From: Endomicrobiales bacterium
GTDB taxonomy: Bacteria; Elusimicrobiota; Endomicrobiia; Endomicrobiales; JALOBY01
Direction: 5' to 3'
DNA: 64,000 nucleotides
Assembly (NCBI GenBank): GCA_963796955.1
Contig: CAWCNJ010000004.1
Span: forward strand, 365,624 to 429,623
The position numbers were made by a program, and so were the translations under genes. Shown one piece after another: positions 53,142 to 64,000 of this stretch; position 1 is the first letter of the stretch; each line of letters opens with the position of its first letter. The notes under the pieces are model-generated. The model was given only the letters and a program-made list of their open reading frames with translations, was not told the origin of the DNA and ran no database searches.

Positions 53142-56100
53142 TCAGTCTGATCCCTGGTCGAGGTTCAGCTTCTTTTCCAGGGCCTGTTGTTCCAGAATGC
53201 GTTTATATTCAAGCGGCAGAACTTTAATGAAGTGTTTTATCTGCGCATTGAAATTGTCCAGTACGCCGCGTGCGATGGGGCTTTGGGTGTGCAGGTAATG
53301 CTGGTTAAGCAGATGGCGTATGGTCACGGCATCTTCTTCGTCAGGAACGGTCAGCTCTACCATTTCCATATTGCACTTATATTTAAAATCACCCTGCTTG
53401 TCATAGATGTAGACGATACCGCCGCTCATGCCGGCGCCGAAATTGCGGCCGGTGCTGCCGAGTACCACTATCCTGCCGCCGGTCATATATTCGCAGCCGT
53501 GGTCGCCCAGGCCCTCTACAACGGCATTCAAGCCGGAGTTGCGGATGCAGAAACGTTCGCCTGCGACGCCGCGGATATAGGCTTCGCCGCGAATAGCCCC
53601 GTAGAACGTGGTGTTGCCGATCAGGATGTTCTCTTCGGGTTTATACGTGGCTTCTTTGGACGGATATATTATTATCTTGCCGCCTGAAATTCCTTTGCCC
53701 ACGTAATCGTTGGCCATGCCTTCAAGCTCGAAGGTTACACCTTTGGCAAGCCAGGCGCCGAAGCTTTGTCCGGCGTAGCCGTTGAATTTAAAGCGTACCA
53801 GGTCTTCGGTCAGGCCGTTATCGCCGTGCCTTGTGCAGATAGCGCCGCTGAGCATGGCGCCGGTCGTTCTGTTTACGTTCGTGATAGGCAAGGTATGGTT
53901 CACCGGCAGTTGTTCTTCAATAGCCGGTTTTGCCAGTTCTATCAGTTTGCGGTCCAGTACGCCGTCGATGTTGTGGTCCTGTTTCATAGTGCAATACGGC
54001 TTATCGCCGGAAGGGGAAGCAGGTTTGTACAATATCTTTGAAAAATCTATACCGTGCGCTTTTTTAGGAAGTATTAGGTCGTTAACCTCAAGCAGGTCGG
54101 TGCGGCCGATCAGCTCATCCATCGTTTTTACGCCGAGCTGTGCCATGGTTTCCCGTAACGAGGTGGCAATGAAGGTCATCAGCGTAACAACGTATTCCGG
54201 TTTGCCGCCAAAACGTTTCTCAAGGGCTTCGTCCTGCGTGGCTACGCCGAGCGAACAATTGTTCAGGTGGCAGTGGCGCAGCATTACGCAGCCGAGAGAA
54301 ATAAGGGCGACCGTGCAAAAACCATATTCTTCAGCACCGAGCATGGCAGCTATGGCAACGTCGCGGGCGGTGCGCATCTGGCCGTCCGTCTGCAACCGCA
54401 CACGGCTTCTCAGGTCGTTCAAGACCAGCGTCTGGTGCGTTTCCGAAAGGCCCAACTCCCAGGGCAGGCCGCAGTGTTTAATGGAGCTCAGGGGCGATGC
54501 GCCCGGTGCCGCCGTCTCCGCCGGAAATAAGTATCATGTCCGCGTGGCCTTTGGCTACGCCCGCGGCTACCGTGCCTACGCCGATCTCGGATACCAGCTT
54601 CACGCTGATGCGCGCTTTCGGATTGGTGTTCTTAAGATCGTATATAAGCTGGGCAAGGTCTTCAATAGAGTAAATGTCGTGGTGCGGGGGAGGGGAAATA
54701 AGCGTAACGCCGGGTGTGGTATAACGGGTGCGGGCGATAGTAACGCTGACCTTGTGGCCGGGCAGCTGTCCGCCTTCGCCGGGTTTGGCGCCCTGGGCGA
54801 TCTTTATCTGTATCTCGTCGGCGTTCACCAGATAATTGGTGGTAACACCGAAGCGGCCAGAGGCGACCTGCTTGATAGCGCTGCGGGCGTTGTCGCCGTT
54901 GGCGCGGACTTTGAACCTTTCAGGATCTTCGCCGCCTTCACCGGTATTAGACTTGCCGCCCAGTTTGTTCATGGCTATCGCCATGCTTTCGTGAGCGCCG
55001 CGGCTGATAGAGCCGAAGCTCATGGCGCCTGTGGCAAAGCGCTTAAGTATGGTTTCCAGCGGCTCCACCTGTTCCAGGGGTATCGCGTTCGTTTTCTTGA
55101 ATTTCAACAGGCTGCGCAGCGTCGTAGGGTTGGCGCTTTGGTCGTTAATAAGGTCTTGGAAGCGCTTGAATTTTTCATAGTCATTGTGCCAAACAGCGTC
55201 TTGCAATGCCGCGATGCTGTCGGGGTTCCACAGATGGAATTCACCGTCGCGCTTCCACTGATATTGGCCGCCGCTGCGCAGCGTGTTCTGGGAATCGCCG
55301 CGTTCCGGGAAGGCGCTGCGGTGGCGTGCCAATGTTTCCGAAGCGATATCGGCAAAGGTAACGCCGCCGATGCGCGAAGGGGTATTGGTAAAGCTGCGCT
55401 CGATCACTTCACTGCTGATGCCGAGAGCTTCAAATATCTGGGCGCCGGTATAGCTTTGCAGCGTCGAAATACCCATTTTCGACAGGATCTTTTGGATGCC
55501 TTTATATATGGACTTCATATAGTTAAGCTGGGTTTTTTCAAACGGTAGTTTGATCTCGTCTTCACTAATAAGATATTTCAGCGTATCATACGCCAGGTAC
55601 GGGTTTATAAGGTTCGCCCCGTAGCCGAACAGCACCGCGAAATGGTGTACCTCGCGCGGTTCAGCGCTTTCAACGATCAGGCCCACTCTTGAACGGGTGG
55701 AATTCTTTACCAAATGCTGATGCACGGTCCCTACCGCCAGCAGGGAGGGAAGAGCCGCTTGCTCCGCGTTGGTCCCTCGGTCGGAAAGGATTATAAAAGT
55801 AAATCCATCCTTTATCGCGTAATCCGCCTGTGTGCAGATGCGGTCCAGGGCCTTCATGAAATCTTTGTCGTTCTTAGAATCAAAAAGCGTTGAGATGACC
55901 TTGGTCTTAAAGCCTGCGGTGTTGATGCCGGCGATCTTCGCTAGATCGTTATTGGTAAGTATAGGGTACTTCAGGTACAGCTTGTGGCAGGCTTCAGGTG
56001 ATTCTTTCAGCAGGTTCTTTTCTGTTCCCAGATAGCACTGCAGGCTCATAACGCATTCTTCGCGTATCGGGTCTATGGGCGGGTTGGTTACCTGTGCGAA

Positions 56101-57666
56101 CAACTGCTTGAAATAGAAGAACATCTGCTGGGGCGCTTTTGAAAGCACGGCAAGCGGTGTGTCGTTGCCCATGGAGCCGACGGGTTCCTGGCCTGTTTCG
56201 GCCATTGGCTTAAGTATGGTTTTCAGGTCTTCCCGGGAATAGCCGAAGGCCTTCATTAATGAAACGGTGTCGCAGGCTTCCGTCGATTTATTTTCAACTT
56301 CCGGCAGCTTGTCAAAATCCAAAAGATGCTTTTCAAGCCAGGCGCCGTAGGGCTGCTCTTCAGACAGTTGTTTTTTAATTTCCGCGTCTTCTATCACTTT
56401 TCCGGCTTCGGTATCTATAAAGAATATTTTGCCCGGCTCTATTCGCCCGGACTTCGCGATGTCTTTAAATGCTATATCCAGCACGCCCACTTCAGAGGAC
56501 ATAACCACCGTGCCGTTCTTGGTGATCAGGTAGCGCGCCGGTCGCAGGCCGTTGCGGTCCAGCACCGTTCCTATGCGCGTGCCGTCGGTGAAAGCAACGG
56601 CGGCGGGGCCGTCCCACGGCTCTGTCAGGCAGGCATGGTATTTATAAAAATCGCGGACTTTTTCGTCCAATTGAACGTTGTGCTCCCAGGCAGAGGGAAT
56701 AAGCATCATCATGGCATGGGGCAGGCTTCTGCCGGTAAGCGAAAGCAGTTCAAAAGCGTTGTCGAGGGCCGCCGAATCCGAACCGCCCGGAACGATGACC
56801 GGCATAAGTTCCTGAATATCTTTAAAATCCGGGTGCGCCAGCAGTGATTCGCGCGCGCGCATCCAGTTAATGTTGCCTCTGAGCGTGTTTATCTCTCCAT
56901 TGTGCGCTATGAAACGGAACGGCTGCGCAAGGTCCCAGGTGGGAAAGGTATTGGTGGAGTAACGTGAATGCACCAGGCAGATGGCGCTGTCTATTGATGG
57001 ATCTTTCAGGTCCGTGAAGAATTTTTCTACCTGATAGGTTATCAAAAGGCCTTTGTAAAGCATGGTTCGGCTTGATATATTGGTAATATAGAAATAGGAT
57101 TTTTGAGTGATGGTGGAAGTTCTGACGGCGTTTTCTATTTTTTTGCGTATCACATACAGTTTGCGTTCGAATGTTAAGGGGTCTTTGCTTTCAGGAAGTG
57201 TGCTGCCTATGAATATCTGTTCAATAACGGGCTCTGTCTCACGGGCGGTCTTGCCGATGTCCGTGTTGTCTACGGGAACCGCGCGCCAGCCGAGCAGCGT
57301 CTGGCCTTCGTCGGTGATGATCTTTTTGAATATATCTTTTACGGTCTGGTATTCATTCTTGTCTTTGGGAAGGAAAATGATCCCGGTGCCGTAGCTGCCG
57401 GCCTTGGGAAGCTCAAAACCTTCCGCCTTCGCCGCTTTCTTGCAGAACTCGTGAGGTACTTGTATAAGTATGCCGGCGCCGTCGCCGGTTTTCGGATCCG
57501 CGCCCGTTGCGCCGCGGTGCGTAAGGCGGTCAAGTATCTGCAGGCCTTTATTTACAATGTCGTGGGATCTCTGTCCTTTGATGTTGCATACGAAACCTAC
57601 GCCGCACGCATCTTTTTCGTACTGCGGATCGTAAAGCCCTTGCGCTGCCGGAAAGCGGTTGTCCAT
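53142..57666 (-). CDS. gltB: Glutamate synthase large subunit (1-nt frameshift at ~54503)
   Basis: [39 protein letters not shown]. Removing one base from CCC at 54502-54504 restores [21 protein letters not shown]. Confidence 0.96.
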
Positions 57667-57700
57667 GATCGTTACCTTTAATGTTTAATCGTGCTGCGTA

Positions 57701-57769
57701 CCCTTATGTGCGAAAAGCGTCCATCTGGCGGCCGTTCATCTGGCCAGAAGGACGCCTCCGCATATAGGG
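57701..57769 (-). promoter_or_regulatory. Long hairpin between rpsI and gltB (terminator/attenuator candidate)
   Basis: Stems gcgtcc/ggacgc, tctggc/gccaga and ccc.tatgtgcg/cgcatataggg. Confidence 0.5.
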
Positions 57770-57782
57770 AAATAGTAATAGT

Positions 57783-58184
57783 CTAGCGTTTTGAGAACTG
57801 GAAACGTTTGCGGGCTTTAGGCCTGCCGGGTTTCTTACGTTCAACCATGCGGGAATCGCGTGTAAGGAAACCTTCTTTTTTAAGCGCAAGGCGTGCCGTA
57901 GGGTCAAGAGCGATGATCGCCCTCGCTATGCCGTGGCGCGCTGCTTCTGCCTGTCCGGTGACTCCGCCGCCGGTGGCGTTAATGTCAATGTCATAACCCT
58001 TTGCGGCGGCATACACGTCTATGGGTTTGGTCACTTGTTTTTTCTGGCGCTCGTTGCCGCCGAAAAATTCGTCAAGGGACTTGTCGTTGAATGTTATCTT
58101 TCCGCTGCCGGAAACCATGGTGATGCGCGCTATGGCGTTCTTGCGGCGGCCGGTCGCTGTTATTGCGGGAACTGTTTCGGTCAT
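57783..58184 (-). CDS. rpsI: 30S ribosomal protein S9
   Basis: TGRRKNAIAR, GGGVTGQA, C-terminal QFSKR. Confidence 0.98.
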   Translation of the reverse strand: MTETVPAITATGRRKNAIARITMVSGSGKITFNDKSLDEFFGGNERQKKQVTKPIDVYAAAKGYDIDINATGGGVTGQAEAARHGIARAIIALDPTARLALKKEGFLTRDSRMVERKKPGRPKARKRFQFSKR

Positions 58185-58195
58185 TTAAATTACTC

Positions 58196-58630
58196 CTATT
58201 TCGATTCGCCGGCTATCTGAGCCGCGTGAGTGTGTTCGCTGCCGCGGAAAACCTTAAGACGCGTAAGCTGCCGTGCCGCAAGGCGGTTGTCGGGCAGCAT
58301 GCCCATAACCGCTTTCAAAACGGCTTTTTCCGGCTGCTCAGCCATAAGCTTCTTATACTGGGTAAGCACGCCTCCGCCTGAATATCCGGAATGGCGGTAG
58401 TCGGTCTTCTGTTCCAGTTTGTCGCCGGTAAGGCGTATTTTAGCTGCGTTGAGCACCAATACAAAGTCGCCGCAATCAATATTGGGCGTGTATATGGCCT
58501 TCTGCTTTCCGCGCAGCAAATCCGCTGCTTTGGTGGAAAGGCGGCCAAGCACTACATCTGCACCGTCAATTACGTGCCACTTGCGTTTGATCTCATTTGC
58601 CTTGGGCAAATATGATTTTGTCATCTTCAT
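58196..58630 (-). CDS. rplM: 50S ribosomal protein L13
   Basis: W.VIDG...LGRL, DCGDFV, HSGYSGG, GMLP; ATG 58630 after GAGG. Confidence 0.97.
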   Translation of the reverse strand: MKMTKSYLPKANEIKRKWHVIDGADVVLGRLSTKAADLLRGKQKAIYTPNIDCGDFVLVLNAAKIRLTGDKLEQKTDYRHSGYSGGGVLTQYKKLMAEQPEKAVLKAVMGMLPDNRLAARQLTRLKVFRGSEHTHAAQIAGESK

Positions 58631-58713
58631 CGTGTGATCCTCTTTCAATTATTCAGCTTTAAAACGCCCCGATGCACGGGGATGCCGTGACGTTTTGCAG
58701 CATAAGTCCGTAA

Positions 58714-58742
58714 AGTATAAGAAATTACCCGGCCAATGTCAA
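58714..58742 (-). promoter_or_regulatory. sigma70 promoter of rplM-rpsI
   Basis: Minus strand TTGACA-17 nt-TATACT. Confidence 0.85.
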
Positions 58743-58783
58743 GAAATTTGCAGCGCCGCGAGGAAAGTTGAACAAGAAATGAA

Positions 58784-58855
58784 TGGCAGGGGTGAGGATT
58801 GAACTCACGACCAACGGCTTATGAGTCCGCTGCTCTACCACTGAGCTACCCTGCC
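58784..58855 (-). tRNA. tRNA with CAT anticodon (probably elongator Met); CCA not encoded
   Basis: Cloverleaf GGCAGGG/CCCTGCC-A, GCTC/GAGC D-arm, loop CTCATAA, GTTCAATC T-loop. Position 1-72 is paired (not initiator) and C4-G69/C5-G68 of Ile2 are absent. Confidence 0.92.
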
Positions 58856-58925
58856 GTGAGGAACAGATATTAGCAAATCACATCATCAAAAGTCAAACCG
58901 GCCGGGCCGGATCATGTCCGGGGCT

Positions 58926-58953
58926 TTGCAATCGGATTAATATTTTGTATAAT
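58926..58953 (+). promoter_or_regulatory. sigma70-like promoter upstream of Re-citrate synthase
   Basis: TTGCAA-16 nt-TATAAT. Confidence 0.6.
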
Positions 58954-59048
58954 CATTCAATAAATTGCATCAGATCTGGTAGTAGGTTGCCGGCAACGCG
59001 GTGTGCCGGCGGCGGCTGTTACCCTGTCTAGCTTTAAGGAGACCGCAC

Positions 59049-60464
59049 GTGCTCAGGTACAATGGACATCGCCGCATGCTGGAACCAGAAGAATTCCGCT
59101 ACGAGCTGCAGGATGTGACGGAGCCGAACCTTTTCCGTGATATCTTTCCTTATTCAGACATTCCCAAGATCCCATTCAACCACCGCGTAGTGCCTATGAA
59201 CCCGCCTGAAGATATCTGGATAACGGATACGACTTTTCGCGACGGCCAGCAGGCCCTCTCGCCCTTTACCGTTGAACAGATAGTTCAGCTTTACGATTAC
59301 ATGCACCGGCTCGGCGGGCCTAAGGGCCTTATCCGTCAGACGGAATTTTTCCTTTATTCGGATAAAGACCGCGCTGCCGTGCGTAAATGTCAGGAGCGCG
59401 GCTACGAGTTCCCGGGCATAACTTCCTGGATACGCGCGACGAAAAGTGATTTCAAGCTGGTAAAGGAAATGGGCCTTAAGGAAACCGGCATACTAACTTC
59501 CTGCTCCGACTATCATATTTTTTTGAAGCTGAAAAAGACTCGTCGTCAGGCTCTGGATATGTACCTTGATATAGTGAGGGCGGCTTTGGACGAAGGTATC
59601 AGGCCGCGTTGCCATTTTGAAGATATTACGCGGGCCGATTTTTACGGATTCGTGGTGCCTTTTGCCGCTGAGCTAATGAAACTTTCAAAAGAAGCGAAAA
59701 TACCGGTAAAGGTTCGCGCCTGCGACACTCTTGGTTTCGGCGTTGCCTACCCCGGCGCCGCTATGCCCAGGAACGTCAGCGGCATTATTCACGGCCTGAC
59801 ACAGATCGCCGGTGTGCCAAGCGAAATGATGGAGTGGCACGGCCACAACGATTTCCACCGCGGCCTTACCAACTCAACGTTCGCCTGGCTGTACGGCTGT
59901 TGTGCCATTAACGGTACACTGCTCGGTATCGGCGAACGCACCGGCAATACGCCGGTTGAAGCTTTGGCTATTGAGTATACTGCGCTCAGGGGCGCCAGCC
60001 AGGGTATGGATTTCTCGGTCATCACCGAGATCGCCGATTATTTTGAGAACGAGATCGGTTATAAGGTGCCGCCCATGCAGCCGTTCGTCGGTGCGCATTT
60101 CAACCTCACCCGTGCCGGTATCCACGCCGATGGGTTGCTTAAAGATGAAGAGATATATAACGTATTCGATACCCAGGGCATACTTAACCGCGCCCCCGAC
60201 GTTGCGCTTACGGACCGTTCCGGTCTTGCCGGCATAGCCTTCTGGCTTAACACCCAGCTGCATCTGCCGAAAGACAAAAAACTCGACAAGTCGGATCCCG
60301 GCGTGGCGAAGATAAAAGAATGGATAGACGGTCAATTCGCGGCCGGCCGCGTGGCTGTTATATCGGACGACGAGATGCTGGAGCTGGTGCAGCAGCATCT
60401 GCCGGAGCATTATCAGTATTCAAAAAAAGCACGGGAACATAATGATCAAGGCTGTAGCGCATAA
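59049..60464 (+). CDS. Re-citrate synthase (DRE-TIM / isopropylmalate synthase superfamily)
   Basis: ITDTTFRDGQQ, QTEFFLY, SCSDYHIF, RCHFEDITRADFYGFVVP, EWHGHNDF, TRAGIHADG.LKDEEIYN, as recalled for clostridial Re-citrate synthase; GTG start after AAGGAG. Confidence 0.85.
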   Translation: MLRYNGHRRMLEPEEFRYELQDVTEPNLFRDIFPYSDIPKIPFNHRVVPMNPPEDIWITDTTFRDGQQALSPFTVEQIVQLYDYMHRLGGPKGLIRQTEFFLYSDKDRAAVRKCQERGYEFPGITSWIRATKSDFKLVKEMGLKETGILTSCSDYHIFLKLKKTRRQALDMYLDIVRAALDEGIRPRCHFEDITRADFYGFVVPFAAELMKLSKEAKIPVKVRACDTLGFGVAYPGAAMPRNVSGIIHGLTQIAGVPSEMMEWHGHNDFHRGLTNSTFAWLYGCCAINGTLLGIGERTGNTPVEALAIEYTALRGASQGMDFSVITEIADYFENEIGYKVPPMQPFVGAHFNLTRAGIHADGLLKDEEIYNVFDTQGILNRAPDVALTDRSGLAGIAFWLNTQLHLPKDKKLDKSDPGVAKIKEWIDGQFAAGRVAVISDDEMLELVQQHLPEHYQYSKKAREHNDQGCSA

Positions 60465-62265
60465 AGAAGCGACCGTTGAAACGAATACATTAAAAGACCC
60501 TTCGGCATGCCGATGGGTCTTTTTTCGTCAGTTCCTTACCCGTCTGTCGCTCAGGTACAAAATAATCACGCTGGTAATAGCGGCGATCGTGCTGCCTTCG
60601 CTGCTGTTGAGCGTTATCATAACATCCGTCAGCCGCAGGACGCTTACCGAATCTATTTTCTACCAACAGCAGGAGACCCTGCGCCGCGTCGCCGACCGTA
60701 TCACCACGCAGCTGGAGCGACATCAGCAGTTGCTTAAATTCAACGCCGATATCGGTTCTTCAAAAAAACAGTCTCAGCTTGCAGCGTGCCGGGCGATACT
60801 CAGACAAGGCGAAGCCTTCTCCGAGGTGGCCGTGCTGGACAACAAGGGCCGCGAGACGCTGAAGGTGCAACGCGGTTCAGCCCCGGCCAAAGCGTTGGTT
60901 AACCGTTCCGGGCGGCCGGAATTCAGGGAAGCCATGTACGGCAGGAGTTATACCGGCCAGATCGCGATCTCGGGCGAGCGCCACCCCTACATCATTCTTT
61001 CCATCCCCCTGGAACACAAAGCCGGCGTGCTGGTGGCCAGGATGGAGCTGGACCAGGTCTGGCAGTGGATCTCGCAGGTAAAGATCGGCGAATCGGGTTA
61101 CGCGTTTGTGGTCGACCGTAAAGGCAATTTGCTGGCACACCCGGATACCGAACGGGTCTGGGCGCACAGCAATTTCGCGAGCCTGCCGATCGTTAAAGAT
61201 TACATAAACAAAACTGAGCCCGCCTCTGAAAAATGGAGCGGTTACACGGACGAGCGGGGCCGCAAAGTGGTAGCATTATACGAGGCGATGCCTGCGCTCG
61301 GCTGGGCTGCCGTTATTCAAATGCCGTCGCAAGAGGTATACAGACCTATATATAAGATGTACGGCGGCATATTGTTCTGGACGCTGATCTGGATAGCCGC
61401 GTTTTCATTCCTCGGTTATGGCATTGTCCAGCGTATCGTGCGCCCGATAACCATCCTGCAGGACGGCGCCCATCTTATCAGTCAGGGGAAACTGGATATC
61501 AAGCTGGACATCCATACCGGCGATGAAATTGAGGAACTGGCGCATAATTTTGAAAAGATGGCGCTGGGCCTTAAACAACTGAACCAGCTGAGAGAGGACT
61601 TGGTGCGCATGATCGTGCACGACCTTAAAAGCCCGCTTAGCGGCATCATGGGCAGCCTTGATTTTTTGGGATCCGGTATGCTCGGCGATATGAGCGAAGA
61701 GCAGCAGGTGATACTCAACACCGCGAAAAAATCGTCGGAGAATCTTCTGGGCATGATTCAAAACCTTCTGGACGTCGCGAAAATGGAAGAAGGCAAAATG
61801 GATCTGCACAAAGAGAATGTCGATCTGCGCTCTGTGTTGAGCGATCGCCGCACCCAGCTGGAAGCGCTCGCCGCGACCGAGCGTAAGACTATAACAGTGG
61901 AATCCTCAGTCAAGACTGCGCCGGTGCAAGCCGACAGGAATCTTGTGGAACGGGTGATAAACAACCTGATAAGCAACGCCCTGCACCACACCTCCGGCGG
62001 CGGTCATATATGGCTTGGGCTGAAGTCTCTGCCCGGATACTACGAGGTCGCGGTTTCCGACGACGGCGTAGGCGTGCCAAAAGAATATCTGGACAAGATA
62101 TTTGAAAAATTCGTCCAGGTAAAACGCGCCGAAGCAAAACTGCGCACCGGCGCGGGCCTCGGCCTTACCTTCTGCCGCATGGCCGTAGAAGCCCACGGCG
62201 GAAATATCCGCGTAGAAAGTGAACTCAACAAAGGAAGCTCATTTATATTCTCTTTGCCTCTATGA
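60442..62265 (+). CDS. Cache-HAMP sensor histidine kinase
   Basis: Two TM helices around a Cache domain (YAFVVDRKG.LLAHPD), HAMP (DEIEELA..F..M), HDLKSPL, GAGLGL. Confidence 0.92.
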   Translation: MIKAVAHKEATVETNTLKDPSACRWVFFRQFLTRLSLRYKIITLVIAAIVLPSLLLSVIITSVSRRTLTESIFYQQQETLRRVADRITTQLERHQQLLKFNADIGSSKKQSQLAACRAILRQGEAFSEVAVLDNKGRETLKVQRGSAPAKALVNRSGRPEFREAMYGRSYTGQIAISGERHPYIILSIPLEHKAGVLVARMELDQVWQWISQVKIGESGYAFVVDRKGNLLAHPDTERVWAHSNFASLPIVKDYINKTEPASEKWSGYTDERGRKVVALYEAMPALGWAAVIQMPSQEVYRPIYKMYGGILFWTLIWIAAFSFLGYGIVQRIVRPITILQDGAHLISQGKLDIKLDIHTGDEIEELAHNFEKMALGLKQLNQLREDLVRMIVHDLKSPLSGIMGSLDFLGSGMLGDMSEEQQVILNTAKKSSENLLGMIQNLLDVAKMEEGKMDLHKENVDLRSVLSDRRTQLEALAATERKTITVESSVKTAPVQADRNLVERVINNLISNALHHTSGGGHIWLGLKSLPGYYEVAVSDDGVGVPKEYLDKIFEKFVQVKRAEAKLRTGAGLGLTFCRMAVEAHGGNIRVESELNKGSSFIFSLPL

Positions 62266-63803
62266 AACGAATAATTTGTTCGCTCACTGCTCTCTGCCTG
62301 CTGAGCGCTTCTTGTTATAGCGCGTCCACAAGGGGTGCCGGTACTAATAATACGGACGCGATCTATTTCTGGTTCGCCATTAATCAGAGGGCTGAGGGGC
62401 CCGTAGTCGGCGATGGTAAAACAAATTTTTCCGTAGAAGAAGAGGCGCTATCTGCGCTCGTGTTTCTGCGGCGGGGGCATGTGCCGCGGGCTACAAAGAT
62501 CCTGCGGTACTTTGCGGATATTGCGTCCCGGGATTCGGATTTCAGAGGTTTTTGCCGCTACTATAATTTAGACGGTACGCCGGCCTCGGAAGAGATATTT
62601 GCTTCAAATCAGTTGTGGATCATGCTGGCGGTAAATTACTTTACGCGCGTTACCGGCGACAGAAGTTTTTTGGGCTTGTCGAAAAAACTTGCAAGGATAC
62701 TTGGGGATATGGAAGGCGACGAGGGGGGTATCGGAACGGGGTATTACGGAAAAGAACCGCTCGCCTATGTTAATGTCGCAGACAACCTGCTGGCTTCATC
62801 GGTTTTTTTGTCGTATAATGATCTGGTCGGTAATAAAACCGACTTTTTAAGCGCTCGCTGCCAGAGATATTTGTTGCGGTATTACTGGGACGCTCAGACG
62901 AAAGGGTTCAGAAAGATCGCCGGAAAATCGGAACGCAACCTGGTAGAGAACCTGTGGGGAGCGTTGATATTTTCCGACCTGCCGGTAGAGTGGCGCGATC
63001 TTTTTTCGCAGGAAGACTTGTATGCCCGGGCGCTGGAAGCCGTGGTTTTGATAGAGCGGGGCGAGAAGACCGCCTACCACCGCGCTATCCTGAACCTTGA
63101 AAAAAATATGGTGGTCTCAAAACGCAGGGCTGATGCCATGGGCATTCCGGCCCTTTCCCTGGGACATGAGATCGATATCGCGGCCTCGGCCTGGTACCTT
63201 TTCTCTCTGGAAGGTTTCAACCCCTTCGCGATGGATATGGACCTGCTGATGGAAGTGAACAGCAACTATCAGTCGCAAGCGTTTACCGGCGATGATTTTG
63301 AGACGAATCGGTTGAAACTGTTCCTGACGTACCCGCAGGATATGCTGCAAACGAACGAATGCAGGGCTGTTGTCGATCTTGAAACAGGTTCGAATAATGT
63401 CGCCTCCGGCAATGGCGCGCTCAGCATCGTGTTCTCGCCCGATCCGGGCGCGAAGTCTCCGCGCGTAGTTATGGGCCAGGAAGTTCTTGGACAATCAGGA
63501 TTACAGCGGGTGTTACGATGCGTGTCTGGGCAAAAGTCGTATCGAAGGTCTCTACGTATGTAACCCAGCTTACAATAAAGCTGTCTTTCGTAGATCTGGA
63601 CGGTGAAGTCTATACTCGCCTTCTTTTACCCTCTGGGAAGCAAAGGGTGCATGAACAGGTCAGTTTTCCCATGTCGTTTACGCTGGAAGGGCCAAGACAA
63701 ACGGTGTTTTTGATATCGGCAACGTCTCGGAAATGCGCATCGTGGTAACCCAGCAGGGAGACACCCCGGCGGTCATGATATAAACGGGATATCATTCAAA
63801 TGA
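62262..63803 (+). CDS. Secreted hypothetical protein (helical N-part, beta-rich C-part); 3' end broken by several indels
   Basis: Signal peptide. After ~63470 the reading appears to continue in shifted frames (ARKFLDNQDYSG; MRVWAKVV...FVDLDGEVY). The true stop is uncertain. Confidence 0.55.
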
Positions 63804-64000
63804 AGATCAAAGTCGTCGCGACATGCTTTGTGTCGTGTGCTATTTGTCCATGGCGCGGGCCCGGGATATATTCGGGGCCCGTTCGGCCGGTATGGGTAAC
63901 GCGGTAACGGCGTATAGCGATGATGTGAGCTTTCTTTTCGAAAATCCCGCCGTAATCTCGGGATGCAATACGGCGAATTGGGTTTGCTGGGTGGACGTTC
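63800..64000 (+). CDS. PorV/PorQ/FadL-like outer-membrane protein, N-terminal fragment (frameshifted, truncated)
   Basis: The frame starting at 63841 reads GARSAGMGNAVTAYSDDVSFLFENPA, the GAR..GMG.A......D......NPA family motif. Confidence 0.7.

Noticed and set aside
53782..55548. 588-aa + strand ORF
   Set aside because: Antisense shadow of gltB that runs through the frameshift site; no recognisable motifs.
57733..57755. Glutamine (glnA) riboswitch-like words CGTTCATC...GAAGGACGC
   Set aside because: On the strand opposite gltB and lacking the GGAAGTA core and second stem.
58741..58784. Integrated element at the tRNA 3' end
   Set aside because: No integrase and no duplicated tRNA end; the rplM promoter follows directly.

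Overview
A 64-kb core-genome window from a diderm, probably anaerobic bacterium. Elusimicrobiota is an inference from gene content and order, not proven. Positions 1-36.2 kb are an almost continuous + strand gene run: alr (partial), mlaEFD, radA, aro genes, efp-accBC, gmhA/rfaE2, thiC, thrH-lysC-cimA-ilvDBNC, hisC-aroF-tyrA-aroA-plsC-ispH-rpsA and a peptidase/PD40/Omp85 protein. Two tandem GT-C/TPR glycosyltransferases follow. A - strand block then holds a biotin operon, hom, an aminotransferase, HU, gltBD, rpsI-rplM and a tRNA(CAT). The window ends with Re-citrate synthase, a sensor kinase and an error-rich tail. No CRISPR array, transposase or prophage was seen. Top candidates for new biology: (1) a biotin operon preceded by a BirA box, with no bioC/H/W/I/Z in the window but with its own divergent FabF-like ketosynthase and FabG-like reductase, a possible undescribed pimelate route; (2) a ~120-nt covarying rod-like repeat in three copies; (3) an ~80-nt hairpin+RBS leader duplicated in front of accB and ilvD with a compensatory base change; (4) a heptamer tandem repeat found both intergenically and inside aroB. 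Five single-base homopolymer frameshifts in otherwise intact genes are most likely sequencing errors.
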